32,545 bases of DNA. Source: Octopus bimaculoides (Eukaryota). How positions within the stretch are numbered: position 1 is the first letter of the stretch; the number at the start of each line of letters is the position of its first letter. Shown here piece after piece: positions 11,856 through 21,147 of this stretch. A program made the translations under genes and the position numbers. Under the pieces are notes generated by a model that was given only the letters and a program-made list of their open reading frames with translations, ran no database searches and was not told the DNA's origin. Location of the stretch: contig NC_068985.1 of the NCBI RefSeq assembly GCF_001194135.2, forward strand, positions 35,571,601 through 35,604,145. Reading direction: 5' to 3'.

Positions 11856-14100
11856 ATGGAAGACAAATACAGGAATCTAAGTGATGCAGAAAACACATCA
11901 ACAAAAAGAACGGGAGAGCTCTGCGATAACTATTATATACCGGCATTTGTCCATTAAAACCTAAGAAGGAAAATTGTCTGAGAGGAATATGAATCGATAT
12001 AGACAAGCACTATGGTTGTGTGAGTTTGAGATTCCTCATGGAATCTTCGGTTCAGAAGCATTTTATTGTCTCATATAAATGCATTTTTTGGCCACCAGAA
12101 TTAGATGTTTGGTGAGTTGTGTTATGCGCTGTAACAGAAAGACCGAACACTTTGTATTAAAAGATATCGAAAAGAAATTGGTCCAGATTTGTGTTGGAGA
12201 TCCTGATCCTGATGAAATCAGAAACCTTGGACAAGATTCTTGACCTTACTGGATTACTGAACAGGGCACAGCTGCGTGTCGTGGTAGAAGGCAGAAGATC
12301 TTGATACCATACATGCGTAAGCAACACCTACTTGAAGATCCTCTACCTACAACAACTATGAGGAGCAGAAAGAAGGCTCGCACTGTTGTCAACATCACAA
12401 CCACAGCAATAACTACATCACCAACAACAGCAACTATTATACCAACACCAGAAGTACTAGCAGTAACAGAAGTACTACTACCAACTAATATAACAGCAAC
12501 AGTAGTAGCAACATCAGTATTGATAATAGCAGTAATCACAGCAGTGACAACGATTTCAGGAGTAGCAACCCCAACAGCAAAAGCAGCAGTGGAATGTAAT
12601 AGAGACCTGTAGTGCAGTTCATGAAACAGTAATGTCGCAGCCAACACCACTAAAAGCAAAGGGGGCCCTCACTCATCTACGAGTCCATCAACACAGTGAA
12701 ACAATCATTCACACAATTATACATCAAACTCTTCCTCTTGACACAGACTTGGGGAATATAGAAACTCCCTCGAGCGACGAGGACAAGACAAAGCCATTGC
12801 AAAAAAAAAATCGAAAAGAAGGCCTTTCCACGTTAAAAACCAAAATGCAAAAAAGAAAGGTAGAAAACCTCTTTTAAAACCATTCGCCAACATCAACACC
12901 AAAACAATAACAGAATAACCAATACTCCTAAATACGACCACAACCACGACTATGCAAGAAAACACGAAGACAAAAGCAAATACAGGACTAACAACATCAA
13001 TAGCTACAACTAAAATGCAATCAAACACACAATTCGAACTTCTCCGAATGAATTTTGCTGTTGTTCGAAAGAGAAACAGCCATTTGGTGCAGGTTACAGA
13101 AAAAAAGCGTTCTCACAAAAGGGGAACATTTCGACGAACGCTTGTCAATAACTGCCTAAGAGCGACTGTTTATTCAAACTGACACAAACACATATATGGA
13201 ACTTTAAAACATTTCTTCCTTAACCAACAAGAGCTGAGTGCTTTTCTGATAGACATGGTTACTTTTAGAATGAATAATATAAATGTACATATCCTGGAGT
13301 CGACTTGGAAAGGAGGCTGCTTACTCAACGACCTCGTGTTACTAGACATTTGTGAGACAAAAACCTCTGAAGCACACGGACAATGTCCATTTTCGAGAAA
13401 AACGAGATGTACTCATTTCGTGGTCTGCCGAGGTCGGGCAGCAGGGTGGCAGTGTAATTCCAGAAATTTTGGATCCTGAGAAAAGGTTATCTCTCTGGAC
13501 GCAGACAGTAAGTCTGTGGTCCTGGACGGGAAAGGTAGTGAAGATGATCATTCAGACTGATGGCTGCCTTTGCCCCGACAAAGTCTAATTTCCTCAAAGA
13601 AACCAGGTTTCCTTGGAACGTCCTGATCTCTAGTACGAGCGGACGAATGGAACTATATCTTAGACGAAAAGCAGGATTGTATAGCGCTATCGCATAAAAT
13701 GGGTTCAAAAGCCGAGGGAATCTATTCAGAAATTCCCCACTGTCTGAACGGAACAGACTGAATTTCTCAAGTGTTCCATGGTGGACAGAGAGCAATCACA
13801 GCATGTCATCCGGTGCTGGAGGGCCCTGTAAAGGGTAATTAAATCGGAATCGATAGAGTTTAGCAATGAGTTAGCGATAAAGAGACATAGACTGTAGGGG
13901 GAGTTAGCTGGCACTCTAGAAATGGCGATTAAAGTCATTGCAACTGAGGTACTAGCAGTGAGAATGGTTTAAAGAATTTCTTCAATGTGATGTACAATAT
14001 GGTACCGCTGTAGGTTAAGCCTGTAAGGCGGAGAACGTCAACTGATGAGAGCACATGCCCTTAATGTTCAGGCGGATCATGGACCATTAGTGTTTCTCGA
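11856..14100 (+). mobile_element. L1/Tx1-like LINE 5' half: decayed ORF1 (zinc knuckle, CAA-rich linker) plus AP-endonuclease remnant; RT absent
   Basis: LRVVVEGRRS*YHTCVSNTYLKIL (decayed CCHC after VVVEGR), a Q/T-rich ACA/CAA tract, then MVTFRMNNINVHILESTWKGGCLLNDL..ICETK and ISLDADSKSVVLD, resembling an APE N-terminus. Boundaries approximate. Confidence 0.7.
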
Positions 14101-14160
14101 TTAGCCTGATATAGGGGGAGTACTTTACCATTATCCTTTATTATTTGTATACCATTTATA

Positions 14161-14897
<737 letters not shown>

Positions 14898-15059
14898 CTG
14901 ATTTCCTTCGTCCAACTGAATTACCTACTACTGAATTAATGTGTAAGTGACTGAATTTTCCACAGAGCGTTAAATTTGATGTAATTCGCAGTCAGAATCA
15001 GCTTGTGACAATGTGTGACAAGGTTGGACCTATCAAACTACTAGTACAATCTACCTAAC

Positions 15060-15210
15060 AGGCTTCTGTGTAGTTTCCGTGCAAGTTTGATTCATAAGGT
15101 ATGGGTCGATTCGAAACTATAGAAAAATTATATATTCCTAAGATTCCACGCTATGGGAACCCAAGACCTCATAGATGCGAAATGGATGTCTTAACCATCC
15201 CGCCATATAG
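15060..15210 (-). mobile_element. Degenerate tRNA-derived SINE 5' part
   Basis: Plus strand GGCTTCTGTGTAGTTTCCGT...CTTAACCATCCCGCC resembles the reverse complement of a common cephalopod SINE head and central domain (from recall). Confidence 0.35.
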
Positions 15211-15552
15211 CGTCTATTTCCAACATTAGATCAAATGAAAACTGGTATTTCATAAACTGTTTCAGTAACTACCGCTGTAAAGGATAAACGAGTGAAAAAA
15301 TTCCTGTATAGTAATTCAAATAAGGAGAGATATTAGGGAAATCTAGGATCGTAAAGAGAGAATGTGTGGTCTGAAACTCGGGGAATCTCTATTGTGTGCT
15401 ATTATATTTTCAATTTTTATGTTCCTCATTCGATTATTTATGTAAATCCCTACTCCATGCATATCACTGTAATTGCCACCACCATCCCTCGCCTATCACT
15501 CTGATGGTAAATGAAACAAATCATTATCATCATTATTATTATTATTATTTAT

Positions 15553-15730
15553 TGTTTTTGCACAGCTTCTAACGCTGGAGATGTACTACAGTGTCAGCTG
15601 TTCACTACCAGTGAACTAAGGTAACCCCCCTTATTTTTCGAGCACCATTAGGAGTATTCGAGCGGTCCCAAGCAGTGATGATTTTTGCAAGTACTCCACC
15701 CTTGTTGTAGCCCCTATTTGTCCCATGTAC
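15553..15730 (-). mobile_element. R4/Dong LINE extreme 3' end (C-terminus plus 3' UTR) between (CAA)n and (TAA)n
   Basis: IGATTRVEYLQKSSLLGTARILLMVLEK* (stop at 15631-15633); the 3' terminus AGAAGCTGTGCAA is identical to 16827-16839. Confidence 0.85.
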
Positions 15731-15758
15731 TGTTATTGTTGTTGTTGTTGTTGCTGTT

Positions 15759-16304
15759 GAATGAGGGAGCCGTGCATACCATCAAAGTGACACTGGGGTA
15801 AAGTATATGAAGCCCATTATACCCATCATGACTACCCGTCCGATAAGGGTACAGCAGGCATGTGCATCACAACCATATGTGCGCGATATGGTGTTCTCAT
15901 ATCAAGATAAACAGCGCATGACCTTGCAAGTGGGACTCAGAATTATCTTCAGGTTGAGTAGCCCATCACGCCCAAAAGGTCCCTGAATAAGGCTTGTTTA
16001 AGGATGTTGAACAAAGCACCCATGTTTCCAGAGGTGAATTACTCAGACCCCAAAGAATTCCTCTCAACACATGGCTATGATGTTCCCCTACTACTTATGC
16101 TCGTGATCAGAGGTGCACATATCGTCAGCCACCAAGGGACATGCTCAACTGTTGAATGCCAAACAACTGACAAGCAAATCTGTGGTATTGAGCAGAATAT
16201 TTGCTGTAACCCAACTTTTATACCAAGACAAAACGTGTACATAACACTTCCAGTCAGTTAAGATCAGAAGCCATGAGATCCAGTGCCTTGTACTGCATCT
16301 GGGC

Positions 16305-16307
<3 letters not shown>
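15759..16307 (-). mobile_element. ~545-bp non-coding interspersed repeat bracketed by (TAA)n and (CAA)n
   Basis: Sharp boundaries at microsatellites, higher GC than the flanks, no tRNA A/B box seen. I recognise it as a high-copy octopus repeat from memory only. Confidence 0.5.
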
Positions 16308-16337
<30 letters not shown>

Positions 16338-16371
16338 AGAAGCAAAAAAGAAGATTGCCATTGTTATCAAG

Positions 16372-16412
16372 TGAACGATATTTCGGCATCTAGTGTACCT
16401 TCCACAGATTCA
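16372..16412 (-). ncRNA. Minimal type-I hammerhead ribozyme-like motif A1
   Basis: TGAAT-CTGTGGA-A-GGTA(CACTAGA)TGCC-GAAA-TA-TC-GTTCA: stems I and II pair, stem III is the palindrome ATAT, and core A6 is substituted. Confidence 0.7.
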
Positions 16413-16524
16413 AAAAAATAAACTTGTCAATTTACTTCATTTTTGGTAGTATTTTATAGGATTGAAGTAACTCTTCCAGTAGGTATACAGAAGCAAAAAA
16501 AAGAAGAGTGCCATTGTTATCAAG

Positions 16525-16565
16525 TAAACGATATTTCGGCCTCTAGCATGCCTTCTGCAGGTTCA
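16525..16565 (-). ncRNA. Minimal type-I hammerhead ribozyme-like motif A2
   Basis: TGAAC-CTGCAGA-A-GGC(ATGCTAGAG)GCC-GAAA-TA-TC-GTTTA. Confidence 0.7.
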
Positions 16566-16651
16566 AAAAATAAACTCGTCAATCTGCTGGAGGAGTTACC
16601 AAATCCTATAGAATATTACCAAAAATGAAGTACGTTGACAAGTTTATTTTT

Positions 16652-16692
16652 TGAACCTGTGGAAGGAACACTAGATGCCGAAATATCGTTCA
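16652..16692 (+). ncRNA. Minimal type-I hammerhead ribozyme-like motif A3
   Basis: TGAAC-CTGTGGA-A-GG(AACACTAGATG)CC-GAAA-TA-TC-GTTCA; predicted cleavage after 16687. Confidence 0.7.
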
Positions 16693-16730
16693 CTTGATAA
16701 CAATGGTACTCTTCTTTTTTTTTTGCTTCT

Positions 16731-16732
<2 letters not shown>

Positions 16733-16816
<84 letters not shown>

Positions 16817-16820
16817 ATTA
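16733..16820. repeat. (ATT)n(GTT)n: tail or target of the adjacent R4/Dong element
   Basis: Directly visible. Confidence 0.97.
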
Positions 16821-18254
16821 TTGTCTTTGCACAGCTTCTTATAGCCAAGCACTTATAGCCCGTCTCTTCTATCTGCTTCATAACCTCCACTGACGGTATC
16901 ATTAGCCCATCCATACATTTGATTTTGCCTCTCTTCAATACTAACGCACCACACTTTCTCAGTCCGAACTCCATTCTGATATCAGCACTGAAGGTATACA
17001 CTGTATCAACGAGGGAACTGACTTGGGCTTCATCTTTACCATAAAGTTTGAAGTCATCCATGAATAACAAATGGTTGACTTTTTGTTGGCGGCTTTTGAA
17101 TACATACCCAGCTTTTGCTTTCCTCAGAATCAGTGTCAGTGGTATCAAGCAGAGTACAAAGATCAGTGGGGACAGGCAGTCCCCTTGGAAGATGCCCCTC
17201 CTAATTTCTTCAGTCCCTAAACTTCTTCCGTATGCTGTCAGGTCCGTTCTCCAATTCGCCATACTTTTTCCAAGCAATCGCTCAAAATTCGATGCAATCC
17301 CAAACAGGTTCATACACAACATAATCCAATAATGTGAGATCATATCGTACACCTTACGATAGTCGATCCATGACATGGCTAAGTTACTTTTCCTCCTCTT
17401 GCAGTCTCTGAGTACAGTTTTATCTATCAGGAGTTGATCCTTGGTACTTCTGCACTTGTGGCAGGACTCTATTTTTTTCTAGATGTTCGTACATTGACTC
17501 TGCGAGTATTCCAATCAATAACTTCCACATAAGTGGCAAAGAGGATATCGGCCTGTAATTGTCTACCGTATTGCCTTTTTCGATGTTTTTCAGGCACAGC
17601 ACTGTCCTACCCAATGTCAACCACTCTGGTGTTGCTTGGTCGGCATTTAACAAGGTGTTGACTTTACGCAGCTATTCATGCATGGCATTCACTAAATCTT
17701 TTGATCCAGTAGCCTTGAACTCTATCTGGTCCCGAGGCCTCCACTACTACTTTCAGGCCCTTTCTTTCAATATTATACTTCCTTTTCAGCACCCTGTATT
17801 TTTGTTTGCTTTTAAGCTCCCCTTTCTCTTTTCGGTCTAACACAGAGATTTTCTTCGAGAGCATGTCTAACCCTGCTTGGATTCTTCTTTTCCACCATGG
17901 ATCTTTTCTTTTGTCACTCCCATTATGTTTCTTTTTCTTGACATCGACACCCACATTTTCTGCTACAACAATACTTGCTACCTTGATCAAATTATTTGTT
18001 TCTGTGGTGTTTGTTCTGATGCATTTCAGAATTTCACGGACATTTTTCGTTTCTTGGTTCAATTTCCATCGATCAACCTTTTTAAGGTTGCAAATAATGT
18101 CGCTATCGTTCTCCTGTAGTCTTACCTCTATTCTGTCGTAGATTGCTTTTTGTTCATCTGTCATGTCGCTATTAGTTTTATTGTCTTCCTTCAGATCATC
18201 TATATGTCTATCATCAAGTAAGCTACCACTGCTCCTTTCCTGTGCTATGAGATT
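16821..18254 (-). mobile_element. R4/Dong-clade LINE: N-terminal region plus reverse transcriptase, internally deleted, 3' terminus retained
   Basis: DPWWKRRI; GPDRVQGYWIK; [16 protein letters not shown]; WIDYRKVYD; RRGIFQGDCLSPLIF; NHLLFMDDFKLY; EFGLRKC. Ends GYK, then AGAAGCTGTGCAA and the (CAA)n(TAA)n tail. Confidence 0.95.
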
Positions 18255-18511
18255 ACGTATTAATTCTTGGGTTTTATTCCATCCAGTCAATTTTGAGCGC
18301 AGCACCAACCTCAATCTTCGGTAATACTTCATAATCAGTTGCTTTTACATTTCGTTTTCCATTATCTTGTGCACTCTAGTACACCAAGGTATTTGTATCT
18401 TTCTGTTTCAATTTGATTAATCAAGTCTCTATTCGGTAATTCAATTCCTGCTAGGGACTGTAGCTTGCCTCTTTTTAAGTAGATTACTCCGCACTTCTTG
18501 AGTTCAAATTC

Positions 18512-18514
<3 letters not shown>
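18255..18514 (-). mobile_element. Post-RT fragment of a second, diverged R4/Dong copy fused upstream of the first
   Basis: MEFELKKCGVIYLKRGK..IELPN..QIETERYKYLGVLE..KYYRRLRLVLRSKLTGWNKTQ, followed by a frameshifted AINT remnant. Confidence 0.85.

Positions 18515-18564
<50 letters not shown>
18513..18564. repeat. (ATT)n microsatellite
   Basis: Directly visible. Confidence 0.98.
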
Positions 18565-19290
18565 GACAAGACGAAGAGTGCGATGCGATTGTAATAGAGA
18601 TATTTTATTGGCTGGACGATATTTCGACAGCAAGCCTGTCTTTGTTGTGTTCAAAATAAAAAGTGATAAACATTCAAAATTATAAAAATTCGAATCTAAA
18701 GTATGAACGAGAGCAGCCAGTATCCACACGTTGATGGAATGACATCATCAGTCTTTATGTTACAATTTTATAACAGTTGAAAAGAAAAAGACAGAAAAAA
18801 AGCGGAAAGAAAAAAGAAAAGGAAAAAGAAGAATATTTAATCAAACAGTTTTGTATAAATTTGATGATATTCTCCTGTCATCTTATTCATTCCTCCAGGG
18901 CGTGATGCTAATAAACCACAAACGTATTTCTCCTCATGCATTTTGAGAAGTGAAAGTGAAGTAGATTCAGAATATTTTCTGAGAATATGCACTTTCAAGT
19001 TTTTTTTCAAAATTGCAGCCGTTTGAAGCAAAATGTTAAGCAAATTCTGTCGAACTGCTGTTATTGTGCCTGTTGTTATATCTTTGCCCATTAAATCTTT
19101 TCTCTAATTGTTCTGTTGTACAACCGACATAAATTAAGTTGTGTTTCGTGCATTTTGCCGCGAACACCAAATGGGAATCAAGCACTGCCCACATCCTAAA
19201 ACCCTATCAATTTAAATGTCTGTGTTGTATTACATGAAGATATTTCGCTACTGCCCCTGTCACTTGCCCTCCTCAAGTTTTCAGTCACAC
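18565..19290 (-). mobile_element. Penelope-like element 3' fragment: GIY-YIG endonuclease plus 3' UTR/pseudo-LTR
   Basis: VFAAKCTKHNLIYVGCTTEQLEKRFNGQRY..STEFA*HFASNGCNFEK, then after a frameshift LKVHILRKY..LKMHEEKYVCGL..PGGMN..KLFD* (stop at 18837). The tail has a hammerhead remnant, AATAAA (18604-18609) and (TAA)n. Confidence 0.8.
18612..18654 (-). ncRNA. Decayed Penelope hammerhead remnant
   Basis: TTGAAC-[ACAACAAA, core lost]-GACAG(GCTTG)CTGTC-GAAA-TA-TC-GTCCAG: perfect 5-bp stem II and the same GAAATATC as cluster A. Confidence 0.4.
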
Positions 19291-19377
19291 TGTAACATCT
19301 CTTATCCTTCACTCGCCCTAAGACGCTGGATGTATCTGGGTGAGTGATTGTAACAAACATGCAGATTAAAAGTAAAT

Positions 19378-19378
19378 A

Positions 19379-19428
<50 letters not shown>

Positions 19429-19508
19429 GACGACGATGATAGCAGTAGCACCAGCAGCAGCAACAACAACAACAGTAGCAGCAACAGCTGCAGCAACAAT
19501 AATAATAA
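19378..19508. repeat. (TTA)n followed by a GAC/AGC/AAC trinucleotide mosaic
   Basis: Directly visible. Confidence 0.93.
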
Positions 19509-19716
19509 ATATAGAAATAATAGGTCGAATTTTGTATTAGAAGCAGCTCTATAATGTAAACATTATCAATATCGCATACTTAATGTATGTGTTATTAAAC
19601 GTTACAAAGCTGCAGTATTTCATCTGAAGGAGATCTCTTTAAAGACGTATAGCGTTAAAAAAACACAACATACTTCGAAACTAGGTGAAACGAAACCGCC
19701 TCGGAAGTGAACGAGA

Positions 19717-19763
19717 ACGACAAACAGCGATATTTTGCAGTTATTTCGACTCATGAGTGCCAC
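19717..19763 (-). ncRNA. Candidate hammerhead variant B1 (3-nt stem II)
   Basis: GTGGCA-CTCATGA-GTC-GAAA-TAAC(TGCAAAATATC)GCTG-TT-TGTCGT. Confidence 0.45.
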
Positions 19764-20157
19764 ATACTGCCACTTCCGAAATGAGTCGCAACAACCAGCC
19801 AGAAGTGTGTATACAAATAGCGTAAAATCTATTTATTGATGTGAAAAAGTGTCGCGCAAGTAAAACAAAATTCGGTAGCTGTCGCTCTCGTTCACTTCCG
19901 AGCGATTTCGTTTCACCTATTCTTTAAAGAGATCTCCTTTAGAGGAAGGAAATACTGTAGCTTTTTAGCGTTTAATAACAAACATACATTAAGTATGTGA
20001 TACTGATAATGTTTACATTATTGAGATACATCTAACACAAAATTCGAAGTTTGTTTTACTTGTGCGACGCTTTTGTATATCTATATATAACTTATATTTT
20101 ATTTGTATGCGCGCTTCTGGCTGGCTGTTGCAATTCGTTTCAGAAGTGGTGAAATAT

Positions 20158-20204
20158 GTGACACTGATGAACGGAAATAACTACAAAATATCGTTGACTG
20201 TCGC
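20158..20204 (+). ncRNA. Candidate hammerhead variant B3 (3-nt stem II)
   Basis: GTGACA-CTGATGA-ACG-GAAA-TAAC(TACAAAATATC)GTTG-AC-TGTCGC: 6-bp stem I, 4-bp stem III; predicted cleavage after 20198. Confidence 0.5.
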
Positions 20205-20344
20205 TCTCGTTCACTTCTGGATGATTTCGTTTCGCCTAGTTTTGAAGTATGCTGTGTTAACATTATACGTCTTTAAGTGACCTCCTTATGACGAAACACC
20301 GCATCTCTGTAGCGTTTAGCAAGACACATTTAGTATGTTATATT

Positions 20345-20353
20345 GATGATGAT

Positions 20354-20401
<48 letters not shown>

Positions 20402-20424
20402 CACGGTGATGATAATGATGATGA
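20345..20424. repeat. (GAT)/(GAC)/(GGC) trinucleotide mosaic
   Basis: Directly visible. Confidence 0.93.
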
Positions 20425-20554
20425 TCTTCTTGCCACGAGAGTGATGGGGAGATTACTAAGTGATGGGGAGATTACAAACAATAAATAGGGCTATTTTTCA
20501 ACTATGCACACACATGCAGCGACTTATACATACATGAATATGTGTTCAACTTAC

Positions 20555-20604
20555 CTTGGGCTCTCAACACTGAGAGGGCTGCCATCGTGAAATACCAATT
20601 TCTT
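20555..20604 (-). CDS. Candidate 50-nt internal exon, product unknown
   Basis: Acceptor TCTGTCTTTGTTCAG and consensus donor AAG/GTAAGT; two frames open (KKLVFHDGSPLSVESP or RNWYFTMAALSVLRAQ). Confidence 0.3.
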
Positions 20605-20618
20605 CTGAACAAAGACAG

Positions 20619-20619
<1 letters not shown>

Positions 20620-20697
<78 letters not shown>

Positions 20698-21008
20698 TTT
20701 GTCTGTGTTTGTGTGTCTGTGTCTGTGTGTATATAGAAATACATACATGTGCATATATACATGCATATGTTTGTACATATATATATTTGTGAGTGTGCAT
20801 ATGTTGTTCATATATATATACATACATACACACCTACACACAAACATACATATATACATACATTTACACATATACACGCGCGCACGTATTATGGATATAC
20901 TGCAAATATTTTCAATTGTTAAACCATGGTCTTCTGCCTGAGAGAAAGCGAGATGTTCTGATAGAGGCCTTCATTTAAGGTGACAGAAAAACATCGATTG
21001 ACAGCTGA

Positions 21009-21047
<39 letters not shown>

Positions 21048-21147
21048 NNNNNNNNNNNNNNNNNNNNNNNNNNNNNNNNNNNNNNNNNNNNNNNNNNNNN
21101 NNNNNNNNNNNNNNNNNNNNNNNNNNNNNNNNNNNNNNNNNNNNNNN

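Larger units (their letters stand above)
16335..16733. repeat. Cluster A: 153-nt unit in partial tandem (16335-16485, 16486-16583) plus an inverted near-full unit (16584-16733), embedded in (TTA)n
   Basis: TACAGAAGCAAAAAA..GTCAA occurs at 16335 and 16486, and its reverse complement ends at 16733. Confidence 0.95.
19525..20347. repeat. Cluster B: ~350-nt unit U1 (19525-19874) followed by two oppositely oriented tandem copies, U2 (19879-20046, partial) and U3 (20043-20347)
   Basis: Segment-by-segment reverse-complement matches: 19525-19645 vs 19921-20046; 19682-19722 vs 19880-19919 and 20199-20240; 19730-19874 vs 20043-20195. Confidence 0.95.

Noticed and set aside
12205-12240. CTGATGA-AATCA-GAAA hammerhead-like spacing
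   Set aside because: No stem I or II pairing and no U16.1; lies inside Tx1 ORF1 coding remnant.
16486-16733. Reading of cluster A as a simple TA-flanked MITE with 100-bp TIRs
   Set aside because: Formally possible, but the arms fold as hammerheads, the same unit is also in direct tandem, and its tail resembles the nearby Penelope end. Kept only as the alternative hypothesis.
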